Source of the DNA: an uncultured Clostridia bacterium
Lineage (GTDB): Bacteria; Bacillota; Clostridia; Oscillospirales; CAG-272
Direction of reading: 5' to 3'
NCBI GenBank assembly: GCA_947632285.1
Contig: CANROT010000003.1
Coordinates: 1 to 39,448, forward strand
Length of the DNA stretch: 39,448 bases
The translations under genes and the position numbers were made by a program. Below the pieces are notes generated by a model, which was not told where the DNA came from, did not search any database, and saw only the letters and a list, made by a program, of their open reading frames with translations. Below are positions 25,307-35,797 of this stretch, in pieces. Numbering within the stretch: the stretch's first letter is position 1; each line of letters starts with the position of its first letter.

Positions 25307-26671
25307 TCAGCACTGAATTTTTATAATGACCTGTGCGCCCCCGGTCGCATCGGAATTTTTCAATATGAGCTGTCCTTTGTGCTGTTTAATAATGCTGTCC
25401 GCAATATACAGCCCCATGCCGAAGTGCATATCGGAGGTTCGGCTTTTATTTCCCATAAAGAATTGTTCCCGCGCACGGTGCAGCTCTTCCTGCGTAAAAC
25501 CTCGCCCCTCGTCTGTTACGGAGATCAAAAGAAAGTCGTCCCGCCTTTGCACGTCCATATAAACCGTTCCTTTTTTGGGGGAATGATCCGACGCATTGTC
25601 TACGGCGTTCATAATTGCTCGCCCCAGCAATAGTTTATCCGCTTTGAATGTGCCGAGATCAGCTCCTTTCTCCATGCGCAGATATATTTCTCTTGTAAGA
25701 CAAAGGGAACTTGCCTGCGTCTCGATCTGCTCCATATAATCGGCAACGTCGACCTCCTCCAAATCGATCCGGTACCCGGCCGCTGTTCCTGATATATCGA
25801 TCAGCGCCTTGATATATGTGCCGATCTGCTCGGCGCTTTCCGTAATATATCCCGCATATAGCCGCTGTTCACCGTCAAGCACCGTTTCGCTTAAGAGGTC
25901 GATATTTCCCCGGACGACGGTCAAGGGCGTTTTCAAATCGTGCGCAAGCGCCGCGATCTGCTCCCTTTGCATTTGCTCAGCGCTCCATTGTTTTTCCAAA
26001 GAAGTTTTTAAACTGTCTTTCATAGAAGAGAAAGAGCGCAGCACATCTTCAAACTCTCTGATCTTTGAGTGCCCCACTTCAAAATCAAGATTTTCCCCCG
26101 CGATCTGTTCCGTTGCATCAAAAAGCGGGGATAGCTGTGCCCGCATGTTTTTTGCAAATTTTGCCGTCAATAAAGTGCAGACCGTGATACAGTTTATCCC
26201 CATAAGGATATAGAGCAAAATTTCCGGAGAGGGAAAATGATCATAAAGCCACTCGTTTATGAACTGTGAGCCGATGTAATATTGCAGCACAACGTATTCA
26301 TTTTCACGAGTAACAAGCAAATACTGCCGGTTGAGGTTCCGGTTTATCCTTCCGGTCGCGGCATATTCCATGGCCCGGTCCAAATCGCCACCCTCAAGCG
26401 TCGTGTCGATCACATGATAACTCTTATCCAAAAGTAAATATTTGCATCCCATAGGCAGCTGCACGTCCCCAAGCTCCGGCGCCGCGGCAATGACAGGAAC
26501 AAGACTTTTTGTGCTCTGCTCCGAGTAATCGGCATAAGTAATAAATCCCGCACCCGTTCCGACTATAACAAGACCGAAAGGAATGACGACCGAACATGTC
26601 AATCCGATCAACAGCATACACAAAAATTTCCAAAACAGCGCTTTCAGAGATGCCGGTTTATTTACTCCCAT
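25307..26671 (-). CDS. HAMP sensor histidine kinase (NisK/SpaK-like)
   Basis: Two TMs; AHDLKTPLT H-box; DEGRGF and HFGMGL boxes; ATG overlaps the end of the regulator gene. Confidence 0.88.
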   Translation of the reverse strand: MGVNKPASLKALFWKFLCMLLIGLTCSVVIPFGLVIVGTGAGFITYADYSEQSTKSLVPVIAAAPELGDVQLPMGCKYLLLDKSYHVIDTTLEGGDLDRAMEYAATGRINRNLNRQYLLVTRENEYVVLQYYIGSQFINEWLYDHFPSPEILLYILMGINCITVCTLLTAKFAKNMRAQLSPLFDATEQIAGENLDFEVGHSKIREFEDVLRSFSSMKDSLKTSLEKQWSAEQMQREQIAALAHDLKTPLTVVRGNIDLLSETVLDGEQRLYAGYITESAEQIGTYIKALIDISGTAAGYRIDLEEVDVADYMEQIETQASSLCLTREIYLRMEKGADLGTFKADKLLLGRAIMNAVDNASDHSPKKGTVYMDVQRRDDFLLISVTDEGRGFTQEELHRAREQFFMGNKSRTSDMHFGMGLYIADSIIKQHKGQLILKNSDATGGAQVIIKIQC

Positions 26672-27321
26672 TTGTACCCTATCCCCCAAACTGTAGATAT
26701 CGGCTGAATATCCGAGCCGCTCAGTTTAGCCCGAATGTTTTTGACATGGGTGGAGATCGTGGAATCATCGCCCCTGCCGTCAAGGCTGAAGACCGCCTCA
26801 TAGATCTGTTCCTTTGAAAACACCTGCCCCTTGTTCCTTGCAAGAAATTCACAGATCAAATATTCGCTTTTTGTAAGCGGAACAGGCGTATTATCTACGT
26901 ACAGTTCTCTTGCGGACAGATCGATTTTTATTCGGTCAAAGGTAAGGGCGGCGTGCCGTTCACGACGCTCGCGGCGCAGGTGCGCGCCGACCCTTGCCCG
27001 CAGCTCTGCAATTCGGAACGGCTTCGTCAGATAATCGTCCGCGCCCGAGCCAAGCCCGAATGTGATATCGTTTTCCGCTGTTTTAGCTGTCAGAAACAGA
27101 ATGGGGCAGTCAGTGAGTGAACGAATCTTGCTGCAATAAGAAAATCCGTCGATGTCCGGCATCATTATATCAAGTATGATCAGGTCAAATCGGTTCAGCA
27201 TATCTATCGGGACATTTGCCGCAGACGTATACGCAGTAACGGTGTGCCCGTCTTTTTGCAATCCGTTTTTCACAAGCTCTAAAATAGACCGTTCGTCATC
27301 GACCACAAGGATATCAGCCAT
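26662..27321 (-). CDS. OmpR-family response regulator (NisR/SpaR-like)
   Basis: VVDDE, LDIMMP, GADDYLTKPF and STVWGIGYKWE motifs. Confidence 0.92.
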   Translation of the reverse strand: MADILVVDDERSILELVKNGLQKDGHTVTAYTSAANVPIDMLNRFDLIILDIMMPDIDGFSYCSKIRSLTDCPILFLTAKTAENDITFGLGSGADDYLTKPFRIAELRARVGAHLRRERRERHAALTFDRIKIDLSARELYVDNTPVPLTKSEYLICEFLARNKGQVFSKEQIYEAVFSLDGRGDDSTISTHVKNIRAKLSGSDIQPISTVWGIGYKWE

Positions 27322-27381
27322 AATATCGCCTCCATTTGCCGTTTCTTTATTATAGCATGATCCGAGCGCGCGGGAAAGCTG

Positions 27382-28194
27382 TCATTGCCGCTTTGCGATA
27401 TAGCAGCAGTTATTTATTTTTACCGCGACCGCCTCCTTTTTATCTGTGCCGTAAATTTCATAAACAGCCGTGTAAAACCACATCTCGCGTCCCTGCCCGG
27501 CGGCCTCCCCTGTCAGGTCGAGTTTATTCAGATCGATTTTAGAGAGGGGGCGTTTCGTTTCCGTGTCAAATGTAACGCTTTTTGCGATGATATCGATATA
27601 ACTTCCCAATTTATCGGCCGGTACGGGCTCTGACGTTACCTGATAAACCGCCCCGCCGCAGATAAGCCGTGTTGCGTTTTCGGGATCGATTTCAAATTTT
27701 CCGATCATAGACGGCGCGCTCTTAAAGTCAAAGACGGGATCGGTGTCTTTAACTTTTTCGCTCCTGACGGCTTTGTGATATCCTCCGTTTACATCTACGA
27801 TCAGATAATCGTCCGTGTTGGGCGCGGCATACACGTTTAAGAACGGTATGATATATGCGGCCTTTTGGGCGCACCCCGCAAGATCTGTCGGGGGCTGAAA
27901 TGCAGCGGTTTCCATACTGTCCTGAAACAGTATTTTCCCTGTTTCGTCTACTGCCGCAAGTCGGCGAATATATCCGACCCATTCTCCAAGCCCGCCGTTA
28001 GAGACGGTGTCATCTAAAATAGTATAGGCGGCTCCCATATAGGAAAATTGTGTTACATTTTCCGTGTTCAGATAACACTGTTCTTTATTAGCGGAGTATT
28101 CCTCGATCATGCGCTGTAAAGAGCAGCCCGTAAACGAAAAAACTACAATAATGTCTGCCAGAAGCGATGCCGTTATTTTTTTGATCAGGTCCAT
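27382..28194 (-). CDS. NisI/SpaI-like lantibiotic immunity lipoprotein
   Basis: Lipobox FTGC; two similar domains (Y.I...TV....LG.WVG / YQVT...V....LGSYI; both ending V.VN..Y..A); adjacent to a NisRK-like pair. Confidence 0.7.
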   Translation of the reverse strand: MDLIKKITASLLADIIVVFSFTGCSLQRMIEEYSANKEQCYLNTENVTQFSYMGAAYTILDDTVSNGGLGEWVGYIRRLAAVDETGKILFQDSMETAAFQPPTDLAGCAQKAAYIIPFLNVYAAPNTDDYLIVDVNGGYHKAVRSEKVKDTDPVFDFKSAPSMIGKFEIDPENATRLICGGAVYQVTSEPVPADKLGSYIDIIAKSVTFDTETKRPLSKIDLNKLDLTGEAAGQGREMWFYTAVYEIYGTDKKEAVAVKINNCCYIAKRQ

Positions 28195-28236
28195 ATTTTT
28201 CAGTCCTCATTTTTCTTCCTTTCTTATAATGAGAAA

Positions 28237-28270
28237 ATGATAGCAGTTCTTTTTGAAGATTTTATAAAGA
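28237..28270 (-). promoter_or_regulatory. Regulated promoter with nis-box-like TCT-N8-TCT
   Basis: TCT-TTATAAAA-TCT (28270-28257) lies 14 bp upstream of TATCAT (extended -10), in place of a -35. Confidence 0.55.
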
Positions 28271-28409
28271 AATCTGTTTTTTTCGAGCACTTTTCAAAAA
28301 ACGGCGGCTGTCCTCACAAGTCACAGCACATTTTTGACCTTTCTCATTTAAAATAATATCCCGGATAAGTCTGCGGGGGCGAGAGTGATTCCCCGCTTTT
28401 ACAAAGCCG

Positions 28410-28443
28410 AAAAACGGCACAGCCCGAAAGCTGTGCCGTTTTT
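28410..28443. terminator. Intrinsic terminator
   Basis: AAAAACGGCACAGC / GCTGTGCCGTTTTT inverted repeat. Confidence 0.75.
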
Positions 28444-28495
28444 CAAAAGACGGTCTATACTGTTTTACGAGTCCCGCTCTCATCCGGATAAATAT

Positions 28496-29791
28496 TTACC
28501 GGTACATGTTTTTCGGCATGCCGCAGCGGGGGCAGGCCGGGAGGCTTGCCGGATACTGCGCGCCGCAACGGGGGCAGACGGTGAGCGGCGGCTGACCGTA
28601 TGCGGCGGCGGGCGCTGCGGCTGCCACGGACTTCATTCGGCTGCGGTAGCTGACGAGGGCGACGCCGAACATGATGATCGCCGTACCGGAACAGATGTCC
28701 GCCAAAGCGCCGATCAAGCTCACGGCATTCCCGGCTATCGCGTTTGCAATAAGGGAAAACGAGCCGAACACCGTGAAGGCGCCAATAATGAAATCGAGGA
28801 CGGCGACGTACATGACGGAGCCTCTGACCTCCGGTACGCCCGTGCGCGCCGTCTTCTTAACGGCGCCGACGGCGCGCACCAGGCATATGTAATACGAGAG
28901 AACAACGCCGACGATAAGCGCGAGAACGATAAAGATGATCGCCATTCCCACGGCCAAATACTCGACGTCACCGGCGGCCGAGAGCGATACCGCCGCGGCG
29001 CCGAACACAATAAGGATCAGGAACACGATAAAGCAGATCGCGCCGAGGGTTATGCCGTTGATGACGTTTATGAGCGTCAGCCCGCCGGTGCCGAGAGTGG
29101 GGCTCGTTCTGCTCTTTGCCGAGGCAAAGACGACGAATACCCCGATCACGATGATTATATTCGGTATCGCGGAAAAAATCGCGGACGCAGCCGACACGGA
29201 GGGGTCTGCGGAGAACATAAGCCCAAGGTCGTTGAAATCGTCGATGAAATCTTCAAATTCATCAAAATCACCGAAGTTATCGAGGCCGCCGAAGCCGCCG
29301 TATATATCCCCGAGCGCATTATTTATGTTGACAGAACGCGCGACCTGACTGACGATGCCGAGCAGGACGGCGGCAGCCAGTAATATCGCGGCGATGAGCA
29401 CGACGGGCGAGGCGCCGACCTCCTTGAGCGCGCGGTGTACGGCGCTCCCGGCATTGGGCGCTGCATATGCTCCGGAGCTGTAAGGTGCGTACCCGGCCTG
29501 CGGGGCCTGTCCGTATGGATACGCGGGCTGCCCGTACATCGGCGCATACGGCTGCTGCGGATTTACATATTGCTGCCGGGACTGCGGATCCGGATATTGC
29601 TGCCGTGGCTGCTGCGGATCGGAATATTGCGGCTGAGGCGGGGCGTTTTCGGTAATGAGCTCCGTGCGGTCCGGGTCTTCTGCGGGAGTGGGTTCGACGG
29701 CGTCTTCGGGTTCGTTTTTCAGCTCCGTGCCGCAGTTCGGGCAGAATACCATACCGTCTTTGCAGTCAAAACCGCATTTTTTGCAGATCAA
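28496..29791 (-). CDS. Membrane protein with zinc ribbons at both termini and a Pro/Gln-rich linker
   Basis: CKKC..FCPNCG at the N-terminus, 5-6 TM segments, CPRCG..CPRCG at the C-terminus; AGGAGG RBS and TTG start. Confidence 0.82.
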   Translation of the reverse strand: MICKKCGFDCKDGMVFCPNCGTELKNEPEDAVEPTPAEDPDRTELITENAPPQPQYSDPQQPRQQYPDPQSRQQYVNPQQPYAPMYGQPAYPYGQAPQAGYAPYSSGAYAAPNAGSAVHRALKEVGASPVVLIAAILLAAAVLLGIVSQVARSVNINNALGDIYGGFGGLDNFGDFDEFEDFIDDFNDLGLMFSADPSVSAASAIFSAIPNIIIVIGVFVVFASAKSRTSPTLGTGGLTLINVINGITLGAICFIVFLILIVFGAAAVSLSAAGDVEYLAVGMAIIFIVLALIVGVVLSYYICLVRAVGAVKKTARTGVPEVRGSVMYVAVLDFIIGAFTVFGSFSLIANAIAGNAVSLIGALADICSGTAIIMFGVALVSYRSRMKSVAAAAPAAAYGQPPLTVCPRCGAQYPASLPACPRCGMPKNMYR

Positions 29792-29831
29792 GTCAGTGAT
29801 CCTCCTAAATTACAAAAAGTCTCAAAACCGA

Positions 29832-29861
29832 TTCGGGGGACTTCATGCGAAGTCCCCCGAA
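29832..29861 (-). terminator. Hairpin/terminator after the sugar ABC ATPase gene
   Basis: 12-bp stem TTCGGGGGACTT/AAGTCCCCCGAA. Confidence 0.65.
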
Positions 29862-29878
29862 AATCAGCGAGTGTATTA

Positions 29879-31003
29879 TCAGTGAACGATGCAGCGCTCG
29901 GTGTCCTTATCGAAGATGTGGATCCTCGTAGGATCGATGGCGACCTTGATGTTGTCGCCGGCGCGTGCCGTGGACGTCGGAGCGACGCGGGCGATGAGGT
30001 TCTGCTCCTCGGAAACGATGTAGAGGTAGATCTCGGCGCCCATAAGCTCCGTGACCTCAACGTCACAGTTGATGACGCAGTCCGGGAATTGTGTGAGGTA
30101 TGCGGGATCGTCGTGAATAGCCTCGGGACGGATACCGGCGATGACTTCTTCGCCGATGTAGTCCTTGAGCTCGGGAGCGTTGCCCTTTTCGGCGGGCAGC
30201 TTGATCTTGCTCTTGGTCTCGCCCTCGCCGTATACGAGATATGTATCCTCGCCCTGGCGCTTGAGCGTGCAGTTGACGAAGTTCATCTGAGGCGTGCCTA
30301 TGAAGCCCGCGACAAAGAGGTTGCACGGTTTGTCGTAGAGGTTCTGAGGAGTGTCGACCTGCTGGATAAGACCGTCCTTCATAACGACGATGCGCGTAGC
30401 CATCGTCATAGCCTCTGTCTGGTCGTGCGTGACGTAAATGAACGTCGTGCCGACTCTCTGATGTATCTTTGTAAGCTCGGTTCTCATCGTCGCGCGCAGC
30501 TTAGCGTCGAGGTTTGAGAGCGGCTCGTCAAGAAGGAAGACGCGCGGGTTACGGACGATAGCACGGCCGAGAGCGACACGCTGCTTCTGACCGCCGGACA
30601 GAGCCTTCGGCTTTCTGTCGAGCAGGTGCGTGATGTCGAGAATGCGGGCAGCCTCTTCGACGCGGCGCTTGATCTCTTCCTTCGGTGTCTTGCGGAGCTT
30701 AAGACCGAATGCCATGTTGTCGAACACGGACATGTGCGGGTACAGAGCGTAGTTCTGGAACACCATCGCGATGTCGCGGTCCTTCGGAGCCACGTCGTTG
30801 ACGAGCTTATCGCCGATGAAGAGCTCGCCTTCGGAGATCTCCTCAAGACCTGCGATCATACGCAGAGTCGTCGACTTTCCGCATCCGGAAGGGCCGACGA
30901 GGACGAGGAACTCCTTGTCTTTGATCTCAAGGCAGAAGTCGGACACAGCCGTGACGCCGCCGGGATACTTCTTATAAATATGTTTCAGGGATAAGCTTGC
31001 CAT
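29879..31003 (-). CDS. msmX: Multiple-sugar ABC transporter ATP-binding protein (MsmX/MsmK-like, stand-alone)
   Basis: GPSGCGKST, VFQNYALYPHM, LSGGQKQR, DEPLSNLDAKLR and a TOBE tail; ATG 31003 after GGAGG. Confidence 0.9.
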   Translation of the reverse strand: MASLSLKHIYKKYPGGVTAVSDFCLEIKDKEFLVLVGPSGCGKSTTLRMIAGLEEISEGELFIGDKLVNDVAPKDRDIAMVFQNYALYPHMSVFDNMAFGLKLRKTPKEEIKRRVEEAARILDITHLLDRKPKALSGGQKQRVALGRAIVRNPRVFLLDEPLSNLDAKLRATMRTELTKIHQRVGTTFIYVTHDQTEAMTMATRIVVMKDGLIQQVDTPQNLYDKPCNLFVAGFIGTPQMNFVNCTLKRQGEDTYLVYGEGETKSKIKLPAEKGNAPELKDYIGEEVIAGIRPEAIHDDPAYLTQFPDCVINCDVEVTELMGAEIYLYIVSEEQNLIARVAPTSTARAGDNIKVAIDPTRIHIFDKDTERCIVH

Positions 31004-31230
31004 TCTTGAATGGTTCCTCCTTAGATTCGGATATGACGGCAAAACGCGAGCCGATACATACCCATACTTTTGTTTTTATATATTTTATCAAAAACCTGCG
31101 CCTGTGAAAAGAGCTTTTTTCTCCAAAAATCACAATTGGCATTTGTATATGTTGCATAACTCGGGAAAAACAATCGCGGATTTTCGGACAGAAGCTTCCA
31201 TTTCGTTTTAATAGATTAAAAACGTCCGCG

Positions 31231-33411
<2,181 letters not shown>

Positions 33412-33420
33412 TGGTTACAG

Positions 33421-33470
33421 GCGGGGGTGACTTTTGAAAAAGTCACCCCCGCGCCCCCTTCAAAACTTTT
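33421..33470 (-). repeat. REP-like palindromic element in the tex 5' UTR
   Basis: Minus strand AAAAGTTTTGAAG-GGGGC-GCGGGGGTGACTTTT-TC-AAAAGTCACCCCCGC. Confidence 0.7.
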
Positions 33471-33495
33471 CGGTATGGTATGATTTAACAGATAC

Positions 33496-33524
33496 ATTGT
33501 ACCACAAAATCGGCGCGGCGTAAA
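33496..33524 (-). promoter_or_regulatory. Putative sigmaA promoter of tex
   Basis: TTTACG-17bp-TACAAT with a TG extension. Confidence 0.55.
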
Positions 33525-33559
33525 GAGGGGTCTTTACGGTGTTTGTATAGCGAAGAATT

Positions 33560-34087
33560 TTACGGCACCTCTATAAGTGTCGTTATGAGGGCGACGTTTT
33601 CGGGAACGGGTCTTGTCCCGTCAACGCGCAGTACGGGGCAGCCGAGCGACATTGCATATTTCCCGGCGGCGGACTCGTCTTTTGATTCGATATGCCGGAA
33701 GAACGCTTCCTCCCTCTCGTATAAGTCCCCGCCCGGCATCATTCTCTCGCCGAATTTGGCGTGCGACCGGCTCCTCACACGCCGAAAGCGTATTTCCTTC
33801 GGGACTTCGATCAGGACCGCGTAACGGAAATAATGGCATATCTCCGGCCAGTGCTCGCAGCTCCCGGCGGCGAGGACAAAATTTCGGCGCCGGTTTACCT
33901 CACGAAAAAGCAGCTCGCCGACCTCAACTTCTGTGCGTGGGTCGGCGTAGAGATAGTTGGGGTTCTTCTTCGGAAAATACAAGTCTTCGATATCTATAAA
34001 ATAAAACCCGAGCTTCTCCGCGAGCATTTTACCGAGCGTGCTTTTTCCGGCGCCGTTAAGCCCGCAGACTATGATCCCGACGTCCAT
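33560..34087 (-). CDS. P-loop small-molecule/nucleotide kinase-like (AAA_17/18) protein
   Basis: GLNGAGKSTLG Walker A; NMP-kinase-like length. Confidence 0.82.
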   Translation of the reverse strand: MDVGIIVCGLNGAGKSTLGKMLAEKLGFYFIDIEDLYFPKKNPNYLYADPRTEVEVGELLFREVNRRRNFVLAAGSCEHWPEICHYFRYAVLIEVPKEIRFRRVRSRSHAKFGERMMPGGDLYEREEAFFRHIESKDESAAGKYAMSLGCPVLRVDGTRPVPENVALITTLIEVP

Positions 34088-34116
34088 GTTTCCCTCCGAT
34101 AAGTTTTTTTCGACCG

Positions 34117-35091
34117 TCAGCGTCCCGCCGCGCGCAGGATCGCATAGCGGTTCTCGCTGTAAAACCGGATCCTTTCGACTGTCGCCATGCTCTCGCGCAG
34201 ACCGAGCGCCGCCTCCTCCGGGTCCGACATTTCGCCGCAGGCGCGGCGGACATTGTATTCAAGCCATTCGAGCCACGAGAAACCGAGGCCGAAACACGAT
34301 TCCGCGTCCGGGTGAAGGCCGCACGCGCGCTCATATGCGTCGAGAAACGCGCGAAAGCGCTCGCCGTCAAACTCACACACGTCTCCGCCCGCCCATGAGA
34401 GCGCGAGCACCCATGCGTCGTAAAACGGGCTGCCGTACCTGAGGCATTCGAGGTCGATGATGACGGGGCCGGACGGCGTCCACATCACGTTTTTCGCGTC
34501 CATATCGCCGTCGGTTATCGTCAGGACGCGCGGCAGGCGGCGGACCGAGGCGTTATATTCGCCCTCCGCGGAATAGAGCAACTCTGCGTTTTGCGCTATC
34601 GCCTCCGCGAGCTTTGGCGTGCATGCTCTGGCACGCGCCGCGAGCATGTCCCAATTGACGCTCACGCAGTTAACGGCAGGTACGCCGCCCCGGCGCTCAA
34701 TACCGTGTATGCGGCCGAGAAGGCTGCCCGCGGCAGAGGCGTGGCTCGCGGTCAGCGCGTCCCACCCGACCGCCATACCGTCTATCCAGTCAAATATGTA
34801 GAAAAACTGCCCTCCGGCGTCGAGCCGTTTGCGCCCGTCAAAGGTAAGCGCGCATGACACCGGGACCCCGGCGTCGGCGAGCGCGACCTCGAGCGATTCC
34901 GCGCGGTCAAAGTTTGATGCTGCGTCCGGGCGAGACATCACCTCGGGCGAAAGCAGCTTGAGCGCGAAGGTCCCGCGCGTCGTTTCGAGCCGATACATTT
35001 TGTGCATGAGCCCGCCCGTCACGCGCGACGCAGACAGCGGCTCACCGAGCGGGAGGCGCTCGGAAATATAGCGGAGGACGGCGTCAAGCAT
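34117..35091 (-). CDS. APH/choline kinase-family phosphotransferase
   Basis: GGLMHKMY..FALK, DGDMDAKN (Brenner-like) and IIDLE motifs. Confidence 0.82.
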   Translation of the reverse strand: MLDAVLRYISERLPLGEPLSASRVTGGLMHKMYRLETTRGTFALKLLSPEVMSRPDAASNFDRAESLEVALADAGVPVSCALTFDGRKRLDAGGQFFYIFDWIDGMAVGWDALTASHASAAGSLLGRIHGIERRGGVPAVNCVSVNWDMLAARARACTPKLAEAIAQNAELLYSAEGEYNASVRRLPRVLTITDGDMDAKNVMWTPSGPVIIDLECLRYGSPFYDAWVLALSWAGGDVCEFDGERFRAFLDAYERACGLHPDAESCFGLGFSWLEWLEYNVRRACGEMSDPEEAALGLRESMATVERIRFYSENRYAILRAAGR

Positions 35092-35797
35092 TGCCGCCTC
35101 CGGTGAAGAGGTTTATTTCCTCGGGCGTGAGGTAACGCCACTCGCCCGGGGCGAGCGTCGTGTCAAGCTCGATACCTGCGAAGCGGACGCGGCATAGTGA
35201 TGTTATTTCGCTGCCGACCGCGTGAAACATTCGCTTGATCTGATGGAATTTTCCCTCCGTGATCGTGATCGTGTCCCCGTCGATCACCGCCGGAGCCGTG
35301 AGGACGGCCTCGCCTTTTCCGTCCCGCTCGCCGATGTCGACGCCCACCGCAAGCGCGCCCCTCATCTCCTCCGTCAGCGGGGGCGTGCACGTGAAACGGT
35401 ACGTCTTTTCAACGTGATGTTTTGGCGAGATGGCGCGGTGCGCGGACGCGCCGTCGTCGGTGAAGAGCAAAAGCCCCGTCGTGTCACGGTCGAGGCGGCC
35501 GACGGGGAAGACGCGGCGCGCCGTCTCCGGCGGCAAAAGCTCGGAGACGACGCGCTCGCCGGGGCGCGCGTCCTCGGTCGCGGTGATATATCCCGAGGGC
35601 TTGTTCATCATCAAATAAATGTACCGCGAAAACGTGAGCGTTACTCCGTCGAGGGCGACCTCTGCGTCTTCCGCGACCTTGAGCGCGCCGTCCCGGACGG
35701 TGTCCCCGCCGACGGTGACGCGTCCCTTCGCGATGGCGCGTGCGGCGTCCCGCCGGGTGAGGTTCGCGGAGGACGAAACAAATTTGTCAAGCCTCAT
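35084..35797 (-). CDS. rsuA: RsuA-family rRNA pseudouridine synthase
   Basis: S4 domain MRLDKF; NKPSG, VGRLDRDTTGLLL and EGKFHQIKRMF motifs. Confidence 0.88.
   Translation of the reverse strand: MRLDKFVSSSANLTRRDAARAIAKGRVTVGGDTVRDGALKVAEDAEVALDGVTLTFSRYIYLMMNKPSGYITATEDARPGERVVSELLPPETARRVFPVGRLDRDTTGLLLFTDDGASAHRAISPKHHVEKTYRFTCTPPLTEEMRGALAVGVDIGERDGKGEAVLTAPAVIDGDTITITEGKFHQIKRMFHAVGSEITSLCRVRFAGIELDTTLAPGEWRYLTPEEINLFTGGGNA

Noticed and set aside
28088-28210. 40-aa out-of-frame ORF (MRTEKYGPDQ...) behind a strong RBS as a lantibiotic precursor
   Set aside because: It overlaps the lipoprotein gene, has only one Cys, and lacks an FNLD or double-Gly leader and a Ser/Thr/Cys-rich core.
25257-28357. 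Target-site duplication flanking the immunity islet (TTAAAA(A)TAAT at both ends)
   Set aside because: Short, imperfect and AT-rich, so compatible with chance; no integrase or transposase.
34117-35091. Aminoglycoside resistance gene
   Set aside because: Only the generic APH/choline-kinase fold is evident; host-like composition and housekeeping context.
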